Source: Dehalococcoidia bacterium (GTDB lineage: Bacteria > Chloroflexota > Dehalococcoidia > UBA2979). Taken from it: a DNA stretch of 64,000 nucleotides. The position numbers were made by a program, and so were the translations under genes. The stretch is taken from the NCBI GenBank assembly GCA_963667465.2, contig CAXXDN010000002.1, positions 1,568,001 through 1,632,000 on the forward strand, read 5' to 3'. The notes beneath the pieces were generated by a model. It was not told where the DNA came from. It was given only the letters and a program-made list of their open reading frames with translations, and searched no databases. Positions 9,888 through 18,072 of this stretch are shown here, in pieces (the first letter of the stretch is position 1; each line of letters begins with the position of its first letter).

Positions 9888-10433
9888 ATGACAGCCGACC
9901 ACGGCCACGGTCACGAGACGGTCGCGGGGCCCGGCTACTGCCCGAACTGCGGGACCGCCCTCGAAGCGGCCTCGGAGACCGCGCCCGTTGCGGCCTCCGG
10001 TCGCCGGCCGCCGGCCTGCCCGAGCTGCGACTTCGTGCGCTGGGAGAACCCCAAGCTCGCCACCGGCGTCGTGATCGAGCACGAGGGCGCGATCCTGCTC
10101 GTGCGCCGCAACCACGACCCGATGTACGGCTTCTGGTCGTTCCCCTCCGGCTTCGTCGACCGCGGCGAGTCGGTCGAGGAGGCCGCGCGGCGCGAAACCC
10201 TCGAGGAGGCCGCGGTCGAGATCGAGATCGAGCGCCTGCTCGGCGTCTACAGCAGCTCGGGCGACCCGGTGGTGTTCATCGCCTGGGCCGGGCGGATCAG
10301 CGGCGGCACGCCGCGGCCCGGGCCGGAGGCGCTGGAGGTCGGCTTCTTCCCGCCCGACGCGCTCCCCGACCTCGCCTTCCCCCACGACCCGGAGATCGTC
10401 GAGACGTGGCGGCGTGCGCGGGGCGAGGGATGA
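9888..10433 (+). CDS. NUDIX hydrolase with N-terminal zinc ribbon
   Basis: CPNCG...CPSC; GFVDRGESVEEAARRETLEE Nudix box; LAFP. Confidence 0.92.
   Translation: MTADHGHGHETVAGPGYCPNCGTALEAASETAPVAASGRRPPACPSCDFVRWENPKLATGVVIEHEGAILLVRRNHDPMYGFWSFPSGFVDRGESVEEAARRETLEEAAVEIEIERLLGVYSSSGDPVVFIAWAGRISGGTPRPGPEALEVGFFPPDALPDLAFPHDPEIVETWRRARGEG
10396..10421 (+). repeat. 26-bp direct repeat, copy 1 (inside NUDIX 3' end)
   Basis: TCGTCGAGACGTGGCGGCGTGCGCGG identical to 11138-11163. Confidence 0.9.
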
Positions 10434-10461
10434 CGTTGCAGACTCGCCTGCGCCAGTCGCG

Positions 10462-10857
10462 TCAGGACGCTCGCGCCCCGACTTCCTCGCCAACCTCCCA
10501 CCAGCCCGAGGCCGCGGCGAGCGAGGTGCTGACGTACTGGTTGAGGCTCACGCCCTCGCGTTCGGCCGCCCGAACGAGCGCGGTATGGAGCGACGATGGC
10601 AGTCGCACCTGGAAGCGGCCGCTGTGGGCCGGATCGGGGCGTGGGAATGGCACTGCGTCACCATCCTCGAGGGCGATCTCGATCCAGAGCTCCATCGCCT
10701 CGTAGATCATCGACGCCGCCTCGGCGGGCGTGTCTCCCTGGGAGATGCAGCCGTCCAACTCCTCCACCCACGAGACCCATCCGGCATCGCCGTCGGCCGT
10801 CTCGCTGCGTATCATCCCGACGTGATACGGGAGCCTCAGATAGTCCTGCACATCCAT
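10462..10857 (-). CDS. hicB: HicB family antitoxin
   Basis: YLRLPY, ELDGCISQGDT, SGRFQVRLPSSLH...EGVSLNQYV; RBS AAAGGAG. Confidence 0.9.
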   Translation of the reverse strand: MDVQDYLRLPYHVGMIRSETADGDAGWVSWVEELDGCISQGDTPAEAASMIYEAMELWIEIALEDGDAVPFPRPDPAHSGRFQVRLPSSLHTALVRAAEREGVSLNQYVSTSLAAASGWWEVGEEVGARAS

Positions 10858-10900
10858 TGCGCGCTCCTTTGGCGCTACTGTATATGGTACTACTCCGTCC

Positions 10901-11134
10901 GTGAGAGACGCAAAGCGCATCGAGCGACTACGTCGGAGTCCCCATGGTGTCAGGCTGGACGAACTGCGAGCGGTTCTTGAGTCCGCGGGCTTCACGCTCG
11001 TCCGCACGAAGGGGAGCCATCACATCTTCACGCACCCGCAGCGACGTGCCCGGCTCGTCGTCCCTTACCGGCGCCCGTTGCTGCCGGTCTACGTTCGCAA
11101 GGCACTGGAAGCGATCGACGAGCTTGCCGGCTGA
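10901..11134 (+). CDS. hicA: HicA family toxin
   Basis: LESAGF...TKGSHHIFTHP...VYVRKAL. Confidence 0.88.
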   Translation: MRDAKRIERLRRSPHGVRLDELRAVLESAGFTLVRTKGSHHIFTHPQRRARLVVPYRRPLLPVYVRKALEAIDELAG

Positions 11135-11137
11135 CGC

Positions 11138-11163
11138 TCGTCGAGACGTGGCGGCGTGCGCGG
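11138..11163 (+). repeat. 26-bp direct repeat, copy 2 (orphan NUDIX 3' end)
   Basis: Identical to 10396-10421; continues in frame as VETWRRARRGREP-stop. Confidence 0.9.
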
Positions 11164-11204
11164 CGCGGACGCGAGCCGTAGGCTAGGTGGCGCAGGGAGT
11201 ACGC

Positions 11205-11540
11205 ATGAACATCGATCTCTACATCGCCCGCGGCGACGCGATCGCCGGGGAGGCGCTGACCGTGATAGCCGAGGGTAGCGCCGCCGCCGGGCTCGACGAC
11301 GCCGCCATCGAGACGATCGAGGTCTCCTCGGACGACGAGGCGCGCGCGCTACGCTGCCTCGGCTCACCGACGATCCGCATCGAGGGCCTGGACATTGAGT
11401 ACGGCGAGCGTGAGCCGCCGGAGACGACCTCCGGCGAGCGCTACTACAGCACGCCCGAGGGCTGGAACCGCCTGCCCACCGCAGGCATGGTCGCCTTCGC
11501 GATTCGCGAGGCGCGGGCACGCCTCGGAGGCGGCTCGTGA
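11205..11540 (+). CDS. Thioredoxin-like DUF2703/DF-family homolog
   Basis: GSPTIRIEGLD core and R-x-Y-x-TPEG...P tail typical of the family. Confidence 0.6.
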   Translation: MNIDLYIARGDAIAGEALTVIAEGSAAAGLDDAAIETIEVSSDDEARALRCLGSPTIRIEGLDIEYGEREPPETTSGERYYSTPEGWNRLPTAGMVAFAIREARARLGGGS

Positions 11541-12169
11541 GCGGCGCCGGCCGCCCGGAAGAGCAGGACAGCGCCGACGCCCCCGCCGACGCCCCCAAGA
11601 GGCGGAAGCGGCTGCGCGGACGCGGCGCCGCGCTCGGCGCGGGTGGCCTCGCCGCGCAGCTCAAGCGACGCGCCGAGGCGGCAGCGGCCGACGCCGCGCC
11701 GCACGTGCGCGCGCTGGCCGAGCAGGCGCAACGCCTCGCCGCCGAGGGAGCGGCGAGCGCTCGCGAGGAAGCCGAGCGGCGACGTCCGGCAGCGGAGCAG
11801 GCCGCGAAGGACGCCCTCGGAACGGTGCGCGAAGCTGCCGAACGCGCGAAGCCGGAGGCGGAGCGCCTCGCTCGCGAAGCAGTGCACAAGGGCGAGGTCA
11901 TCGGCAAGGCGCTGAAGCCGCAGGTCTCGCGCGTCGCGCAGGACACCGCGGAGTTCGCACGCGAGCACGAGGACGAGCTGCGCGGCGCGGCCGGCAGCGC
12001 CGCGCGCGCTGCCGCGCGGACCGCCGCGCGCGGCGCCACCCCGGCCCCACTGCGCCCCGCCGTCGACGCCTTCGAACGCGAGCTGCAGCGCAAGGAAAGC
12101 CATGCCACCCGCGAGGACACAGCCGAAGCGACCGACGGCACGGAGGACACCACCACCCCGTCCGCCTGA
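11537..12169 (+). CDS. Ala/Glu-rich helical hypothetical protein
   Basis: GTGA overlap with upstream gene; amphipathic helical repeats. Confidence 0.6.
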   Translation: MSGAGRPEEQDSADAPADAPKRRKRLRGRGAALGAGGLAAQLKRRAEAAAADAAPHVRALAEQAQRLAAEGAASAREEAERRRPAAEQAAKDALGTVREAAERAKPEAERLAREAVHKGEVIGKALKPQVSRVAQDTAEFAREHEDELRGAAGSAARAAARTAARGATPAPLRPAVDAFERELQRKESHATREDTAEATDGTEDTTTPSA

Positions 12170-12178
12170 ACGCCAGCC

Positions 12179-12260
12179 CGCCCACTATTGGCGCGCCCAC
12201 TACGGGCGCGCCCACTATTGGCGCGCCCACTACTGGCGCGCCCACTACTGGCGCGACTAC
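12179..12260. repeat. Tandem repeat, 15-bp unit CGCCCACTAYKGGCG x5 plus partial
   Basis: Units start at 12179, 12194, 12209, 12224, 12239. Confidence 0.95.
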
Positions 12261-12295
12261 CTCGTGTCCGCCCCGGCCGGGGTGACGGGCGGCGC

Positions 12296-12343
12296 TTGAC
12301 GCAAGACCGCAGCAGGGGATACGTTTGTTGCGAACATATGTAC
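12296..12343 (+). promoter_or_regulatory. lexA promoter with autoregulatory SOS box
   Basis: TTGACG (12296-12301), TACGTT (12320-12325), GAAC-ATAT-GTAC (12332-12343). Confidence 0.7.
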
Positions 12344-12392
12344 CCGGCAGGCGCACGGGGGCGAATTGCCGGGCGGGAGCGAGGTGACAGTG

Positions 12393-13064
12393 ATGACGGA
12401 GATGCAAGAGGGACGGGACTCGGCGCGCGACCGCAGCTCCGGACTGTCAGACAAGCAGCAGCGCATCCTCGACTTCCTGCGCTCCTTCCTGCTCGAGAAG
12501 GACTATCCACCCTCGATCCGTGACATCCAGCAGGGCTGCGAGATCTCCTCCACCTCGGTCGTGGACTACAACCTCAAGCGCCTCGAAGAGCGCGGCTACA
12601 TCCGGCGCGACCGCGAGGTCTCGCGCGCGATCGAGCTGCTCGACGGCACCGGACGGCGGCGCGGCAGCATGACCGTCCCGCTCGTCGGCGCGATCGCCGC
12701 CGGCTCGCCGATCCCGATGCCGCCGGACACGCTGCCACCCGGTTACGAGGAGGTCCCCGTCACCGAGGCACAGACCCGCGGCCGCTCGAACGCCTTCGCG
12801 CTGACAGTCCAGGGAACCTCGATGATCGACGCGCTGATCGACGATGGGGACATCGTGATCCTCGAGCCGACGCAGAGCTGCGACGACGGCGACATGGTGG
12901 CCGTCTGGCTGCACGACGAGAACGAGACCACGCTCAAGAAGTTCTTCCACGAGGGCAGCCGCATCCGGCTACAGCCGATGAACTCGGCGATGGATCCGAT
13001 CTACACCGCGCCCGAGAACGTCAAGGTGCAGGGCCGCGTCCTCTCCTCGATCCGCCTCTCGTAG
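12393..13064 (+). CDS. lexA: SOS repressor LexA
   Basis: YPPSIRDI, STSVVDYNL, GAIAAG cleavage site, GTSMID, TLKKF. Confidence 0.97.
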   Translation: MTEMQEGRDSARDRSSGLSDKQQRILDFLRSFLLEKDYPPSIRDIQQGCEISSTSVVDYNLKRLEERGYIRRDREVSRAIELLDGTGRRRGSMTVPLVGAIAAGSPIPMPPDTLPPGYEEVPVTEAQTRGRSNAFALTVQGTSMIDALIDDGDIVILEPTQSCDDGDMVAVWLHDENETTLKKFFHEGSRIRLQPMNSAMDPIYTAPENVKVQGRVLSSIRLS

Positions 13065-13152
13065 GACGCCGCTCGCCGCACCGCGCCTCCGGCGAGTGGC
13101 TTGGGCAAGAGTCCGGCGCGCCTCGGCTCTCCGCCGCAACCCGTGTGTCGCC

Positions 13153-13383
13153 TGTGGGGGCTGCGCCCCCACACCCCATCCCGGACGAGCATGCGCAAGG
13201 CGATCCCGAAGATGCGAGGGATACCTCGCGGGGCCGCTCGAACCCACCCACCCGCCCTCGGATGTTCCTTCTGTCGGGGCTGTGCCCCCACGCCCCCCTC
13301 GGAACCAGCGAGGGCGCTCGCGACGTGCGAGGGCGAATCCGGTCCCCTCTCTCCCCGAGGGGGAGGGCGGGGGTGCGGGCGCT
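13153..13383 (-). repeat. Intergenic palindromic (REP/BIME-like) repeat cluster
   Basis: GTGGGGGCTGCGCCCCCAC hairpin; 13286-13383 is a reverse-complement homolog of 17939-18035. Confidence 0.75.
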
Positions 13384-13570
13384 CGCCGAACCTCCAGGCG
13401 GCAACGAACGTCTGGAGCCTCGCGCCGGTCTCTCGTGGGGGGCCCCCCGGCGGCGCTGCAACCGCGGCCAGCGGCGGCCAGTCCGGCTATCCCTGCCGGA
13501 CTGGAGCCGGGGCGTAGCCCCCGGCAGGCGGGGCGCGGGCTTGCGCCCTGCGCGGCGCCTGCCGTGATCC

Positions 13571-14647
13571 CTAGCGCGCCGGCGCGGCGCCGGGCCTCGC
13601 CCTGCCGCGCACTCCTCGCGCCGATCGCGGGAGGCTGGTGAGCAGCAGCTCGAGGGCGAGCACGTCCGCATAGCGGCCCGTCTTGACCGCATGGTCCGCC
13701 GCCTCCACCGCGCGCAGCGCGCGCTCGGCAGCGGGGCGGCCGATCGTCTCCGCCTGCGTGACGAGGCGGCCGAGCGGGTAGGGGTGCGTCACGCCGGTGG
13801 CGCGGCCGATCTCCTCGCGGCTCGCGCCCTGCTCGATCAGCTCGGCGGCGCGGATCAGATTGCGCAGCTGGCGCGCGATCAGCGCCTGGAGGCGGCCGGG
13901 ATGCTCGGCGCCACCCTCGATCAGCCCGCGCAGCCGCAGCAACGCGCTCGCGGTCCGGCCCTCGACGGCGTCGTCGACGAGCGCGAACACGTCCTCGTCG
14001 CGCGCGGCCGTGGTGAGCAGCTCGACGTCGGCGACGCTGACGGGCCGCTCCCCGGCGAGGCGCGCGAGCTTGTCCAGCTCGTTGCTGAGCGCCCAGAGGT
14101 CCGCGCCGAGCAGCTGGCTGAGGCGTTCGGCGGCGGCAGGCTCGATCTCCGCGCCGATCCGCCGCGCGCGCTCGATCAGCCAGGCGGCCACCTCGTTGCC
14201 GCCGCGGCCGTAGAGGCGCATCGCCTCGAACTGCTGCACGTCGGCGCCCTCGAGGGCGCGCAGCGCGCGCAGCAGCGGCGAGCGGCCGAGCGTCGTCCGC
14301 GCCTCGCGGGTGGGGGCTGGCTCCAGCAGCACGAGGTGGTTGGTGTCCGGCAGCACCGGCAGTGCGTCGAGCAGCGGCTGCCATTCGTCGGCGACGCCGC
14401 GGCCCGCGCCGAGCGAGACGATCAAACCTTCGACCACGATCACGCGCGCGTTGGCGAGGAACGGCACCGTCGAGGCCTGCCCGGCGAGCGCCCCGGCCGT
14501 GAGACCGCGGACGGGCAGCTCCGCGGTGTTGAGATCGAGCATCCCGTCTGTGTCGAGGCGTGCGCGCAGGGCGCGGTAGGCCTCGCGCAGGCGGAAGTCG
14601 TCCGAGTCGCGGTTGGCCTGCGTCGATCCGAGGTAGAGATGCAGCAT
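13571..14647 (-). CDS. holA: DNA polymerase III subunit delta
   Basis: TVPFLANARVIVVEGL, LSNELDKL, VFALVD, ADHAVKTG. Confidence 0.9.
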   Translation of the reverse strand: MLHLYLGSTQANRDSDDFRLREAYRALRARLDTDGMLDLNTAELPVRGLTAGALAGQASTVPFLANARVIVVEGLIVSLGAGRGVADEWQPLLDALPVLPDTNHLVLLEPAPTREARTTLGRSPLLRALRALEGADVQQFEAMRLYGRGGNEVAAWLIERARRIGAEIEPAAAERLSQLLGADLWALSNELDKLARLAGERPVSVADVELLTTAARDEDVFALVDDAVEGRTASALLRLRGLIEGGAEHPGRLQALIARQLRNLIRAAELIEQGASREEIGRATGVTHPYPLGRLVTQAETIGRPAAERALRAVEAADHAVKTGRYADVLALELLLTSLPRSARGVRGRARPGAAPAR

Positions 14648-14662
14648 CGCGTCCGTCCCGGC

Positions 14663-14947
14663 CTAGTCGAGATCCAGCCGCCAGCCGAGCCAGGCGGCGA
14701 TCGTGGTGACCACGAGGACCACGGGGCCCGGCCAGAGCAGCTGCGCGACGAACTCGCCGGTTCCGCCCTCGTCCGCCGTGACCCCGCGATAGAGCGCCCA
14801 GAGCAGCGCGACCGCGATGCCGGGCAGCAGCAGCCACCAGTGGAAGGCGGGCTGGCCGTCGTCGAGTAGCGGCGAGCGCAGCCGTCCGGGCTGCTCCTGC
14901 TGCTCGTCCTCCTCGCCCGCGAGGTCAGCCTGCTGCTCGTCGGCCAT
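14663..14947 (-). CDS. Small membrane protein, two TM helices
   Basis: Acidic N-terminus plus two hydrophobic stretches; directly upstream of holA. Confidence 0.7.
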   Translation of the reverse strand: MADEQQADLAGEEDEQQEQPGRLRSPLLDDGQPAFHWWLLLPGIAVALLWALYRGVTADEGGTGEFVAQLLWPGPVVLVVTTIAAWLGWRLDLD

Positions 14948-15130
14948 CGTTCGAGGCGTCCTCGCCGGGGAGCGGCGTGCGCGCGCCCGATGCTACGTGC
15001 GTCGCGGCCCGCTTGCCACTGCGGAGCGCCGCCGAGCGCCGGGCCCTCACCCGTGAGGGGAGCGAGCCGGACCACCCTCGAGCGCTGCGCCTCGAGCGCC
15101 GCAACCGGCACGCGCGCGGGCTGCGGGCGA

Positions 15131-15212
15131 GCCCCCTCACCCCCCCTCTCCCGCCGGGGGAGAGGGGGCCGGACTTCCAACTCGCGCGTCGCGTGCGCCC
15201 CCACCCCGCCCT
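15131..15212 (+). repeat. CCCTCTCCC-GCCGG-GGGAGAGGG palindromic repeat array, left part (interrupted by IS110)
   Basis: One full unit 15131-15197, then the start of a second unit broken at the IS110 core. Confidence 0.85.
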
Positions 15213-15214
15213 AA

Positions 15215-15455
15215 TGGGGTTCGACCGGACCCTGGAGCGATCTGGGAGACTGGTCTTGGACCGGCCGGCCGGTGAGCACTGCCCCTCCCCGAGACACTGC
15301 GATCTCCAGGGAGAGACCGTGCCCCGGCTGGTGCGTCCGGGTGGTCCACAGCACTCCTGGGGTGTCGTGCCCGAGAGCACTGGTCCATTAGGCCGTCGCA
15401 GGACCAGCCCGGCAGGTCGCAAACAGCAGCACGAAGCGCAGGAAAGCGAGGCACG
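15215..15455 (+). ncRNA. Putative IS110 bridge RNA
   Basis: Internal loops contain CCTGGGGTGTC (15356-15366, equals right end) and CCATTAG (15385-15391, revcomp of left end CTAATGG); target loop CCCCTCCCC / GGGAGAG. Confidence 0.8.
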
Positions 15456-16679
15456 ATGACCCTCTACGTCGGTGACGACTGGTCCGAAGACCACCACGAT
15501 GTCCAGCTCATGAACGAGGCCGGCGAACGGCTCGCCGCCAGGCGGCTGCCCGAGGGCGTCGCGGGCGTCGCCGTGCTGCACGAACTGGTTGCCGAGCACG
15601 CCTCAGACCCGGGCGCGGTCGTGGTCGGCATCGAGACCGACCGCGGACCCTGGGTCACGGCCCTGCTCGCGGCCGGCTACCGCGTCTACGCGATCAACCC
15701 CCGCTCGGCGGCGCGCTACCGTGAGCGTCACCACCTGGGCGGCGCCAAGTCCGACGCCGCCGACGCGAAGCTGCTCGCCGACCTCGTGCGCACCGACCGC
15801 CACAACCACCGTCCGCTGGCCGGCGACAGCGACGAGGCTGCCGCGGTGCGCATCCTCGCCCGCGCCCACCAGCAGCTGATCTGGGACCGCGTGCGCCAGA
15901 CCAACCGGCTGCGCAACGCCCTCAGGGAGTATTTCCCGGCTGCCCTGCAGGCCTTCCCCAGCCTCGCGCACGGCGACGCCCTGGGCGTGCTGGCGCGGGC
16001 GAGCGAGCCGCGCGAGGCGGCGCGCCTGAGCACGTCGAAGATCCGCTCGGCGCTGCGCCGCGGCGGACGTCAGCGCAACCTCGAGCGGCGCGCCGCCGCG
16101 GTGCGCGACGCGCTGCGCTCCCCGCAACTCGAGGCGCCGCCTGCCGTGAGCCGGGCGTTCGCCGCGAGCACCCGCGCGGCGGTCGCGCAGATCAGCGAGA
16201 TCAACCGTCAGCTTACGGAGCTCGAGGCCGCGCTCACGAGCCATTTTGAGCAGCACCCGGACGCCGCAATCTACCGTTCCCTGCCCGGTCTCGGTGTCGT
16301 GCTCGGCGCCCGGGTGCTCGGCGAGTTCGGGGACGACCCCGAACGCTACGAGTCGGCGAAGTCCCGCAGGAACTACGCCGGCACCTCGCCGCTCACCGTA
16401 GCATCGGGCCGCAAGCGCAGCGTGCGCGCCCGCTTCGTGCGCAACCGCCGGCTCGCCGACGCCGTGGACCGCTGGGCGCTCTGCTCGCTGCAGGCGAGCC
16501 CCGGCTGCCATGACTTCTACCACCGCCGCCGCGCCGCGGGCGACCTCCACCACCAGGCGCTGCGCGCTCTCGGCAACCGCCTCGTCGGCTACCTCCACGG
16601 CTGCCTGAAGGCACGTCGCCCCTACGACGAGGCCACCGCCTGGGCGCACCGCCACGACCGCGAACAGCTCGCCGCTTGA
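15456..16679 (+). CDS. IS110 family recombinase (DEDD)
   Basis: YVGDDW, GIE, INP, KSDAADA, SLPGLG, AGTSP...SG, ALRALGNRL. Confidence 0.97.
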   Translation: MTLYVGDDWSEDHHDVQLMNEAGERLAARRLPEGVAGVAVLHELVAEHASDPGAVVVGIETDRGPWVTALLAAGYRVYAINPRSAARYRERHHLGGAKSDAADAKLLADLVRTDRHNHRPLAGDSDEAAAVRILARAHQQLIWDRVRQTNRLRNALREYFPAALQAFPSLAHGDALGVLARASEPREAARLSTSKIRSALRRGGRQRNLERRAAAVRDALRSPQLEAPPAVSRAFAASTRAAVAQISEINRQLTELEAALTSHFEQHPDAAIYRSLPGLGVVLGARVLGEFGDDPERYESAKSRRNYAGTSPLTVASGRKRSVRARFVRNRRLADAVDRWALCSLQASPGCHDFYHRRRAAGDLHHQALRALGNRLVGYLHGCLKARRPYDEATAWAHRHDREQLAA

Positions 16680-16713
16680 CGCCTTAGCACCCTGGGGTGT
16701 CTAACCCGCCGGG

Positions 16714-17896
16714 GAGACCTTTGCGTAATGCCGCCGCGAGGGGCAAAGTGCGGGGGCGGGGGCGAAGCAGCGTGGGGAGTGGCGCCATGCATCGGCGAAC
16801 CGGTCAGCGGTCGCTCGCGGAGGGGTGGATCCCCGAGGAGCTCGGACGCAACGATACCCTCGAGCGGATCGGCGCCGCGCTGGACTGGGAGCGCATCGGG
16901 GCGGTCGTCGACGGGGTGCATGCCGCGCCCCGGGGCAGGCCCGCGTACCCGCCGCTGACGATGCTCAAGGTAATGCTCCTGCAGCAGTGGTACGCGGCCT
17001 CTGACCCGGCGATCGAGGAGGCGCTGCGCGACCGCATCTCGTTCCGCAGGTTCGCCGGCCTGGGCTGGGACGACGGCACACCCGACCACTCGACGATCAG
17101 CCGCTTCCGCAAGCAACTCAGCAGGCACGGCCTCGCGGAGCGCGTGTTCGCCGAGCTGGGCCGTCAACTGGAAGAGCGGGGGCTGCTGGTCAAGCAGGGG
17201 ACGCTGGTCGACGCCACCATCATCGAGGCACAGGCGCGGCGGCCGCCGCTGGGGCGAGGCCCGGGCGCGAGCAGCGAGACCGACCCCGACGCGGCCTGGA
17301 CGCGCAAGGGCGGCGCGGCGCACTTCGGCTACAAGGCGCACATCGGGATGGACGCCGGCTCCGGGCTGATCCGGCAGGCGCTGCTGACGCCGGCGAACGT
17401 GAACGACACGGAGCCGGCGGACCGTCTGCTGGCCGGCGATGAGGCGGCCGTCTACGCCGACAAGGCGTACGACACGAAGGCGCGGCGCGCGCGGCTGAAG
17501 TCGCGGGGGGTCAAGGACCGGATCATGCACCGCCCGAACAAGCACCACCCGGAGCTGCCGCGCTGGCGGCGGCGGCGCAACGCGCTGATCTCGCGCGTGC
17601 GCGCGCCGGTCGAGCAGGTCTTCGGGACGCTGAAGCGCAGCTACGGCTACCGCCGGGTGCGCTACATGGGGCTGGAACCGAACGCAACCGAGCTATGGCT
17701 GAAGTGCACGGCCTACAACCTGAAACGGGCGGTCCGTCTGCCCCCCGCCTGAGGCCTGTCCCGGGGCGGAGTGCGCCCCGGGCACGGTCTGAGGCCTCCG
17801 CCGCGCCCCGCCCCAGGCCGCCAACGGCCCTCGCAGGGCCGCCCGTCGCCCCGGCTTCCCCGGATCTGCCGATTTCGCCAGTTACGCAAGGGTCCC
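16714..17896 (+). mobile_element. IS5-family insertion sequence
   Basis: Terminal inverted repeats GAGACCTTTGCGTAA / TTACGCAAGGGTCCC (13 of 15 match); flanking duplication GCCGGG at 16708-16713 and 17897-17902. Confidence 0.9.
16787..17752 (+). CDS. IS5 family DDE transposase
   Basis: GRPAYP, PDHSTISRFR, VDATII, FGYKAH, YADKAY, RAPVEQVFGTLK. Confidence 0.96.
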   Translation: MHRRTGQRSLAEGWIPEELGRNDTLERIGAALDWERIGAVVDGVHAAPRGRPAYPPLTMLKVMLLQQWYAASDPAIEEALRDRISFRRFAGLGWDDGTPDHSTISRFRKQLSRHGLAERVFAELGRQLEERGLLVKQGTLVDATIIEAQARRPPLGRGPGASSETDPDAAWTRKGGAAHFGYKAHIGMDAGSGLIRQALLTPANVNDTEPADRLLAGDEAAVYADKAYDTKARRARLKSRGVKDRIMHRPNKHHPELPRWRRRRNALISRVRAPVEQVFGTLKRSYGYRRVRYMGLEPNATELWLKCTAYNLKRAVRLPPA

Positions 17897-18035
17897 GCCG
17901 GGGGAGAGGGGGCCGGCCTTCCAACTCGCAAGTCGCGTGCGCCCTCACCCCCCGCCCTCTCCCGCCGGGGGAGAGGGGCCGGATCCGCCCTCGCGCGTCG
18001 CGTGCGCCCTCGATGGTTCCGAGGGGGCGTGGGGG
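17897..18035 (+). repeat. Palindromic repeat array, right part
   Basis: Resumes GCCGGGGGAGAGGGG; further full unit at about 17941-18005. Confidence 0.85.
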
Positions 18036-18072
18036 ACGAGGGGCGCAGCTCCCGGCAGCAGAGGCGCGCGTA

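Larger units (their letters stand above)
15211..16704 (+). mobile_element. IS110-family insertion sequence
   Basis: CTAA at both junctions (15211-15214, 16701-16704), no terminal inverted repeats, long 5' non-coding end, IS110 recombinase. Confidence 0.9.

Noticed and set aside
11205-11540. Selenoprotein (DF family often has Sec)
   Set aside because: No in-frame TGA at the expected position
12179-12260. Possible CRISPR array
   Set aside because: Contiguous 15-bp units with no spacers and no cas genes
13200-13270. tRNA-like GGTTCGAG on the minus strand
   Set aside because: No cloverleaf could be built; lies in a repeat cluster
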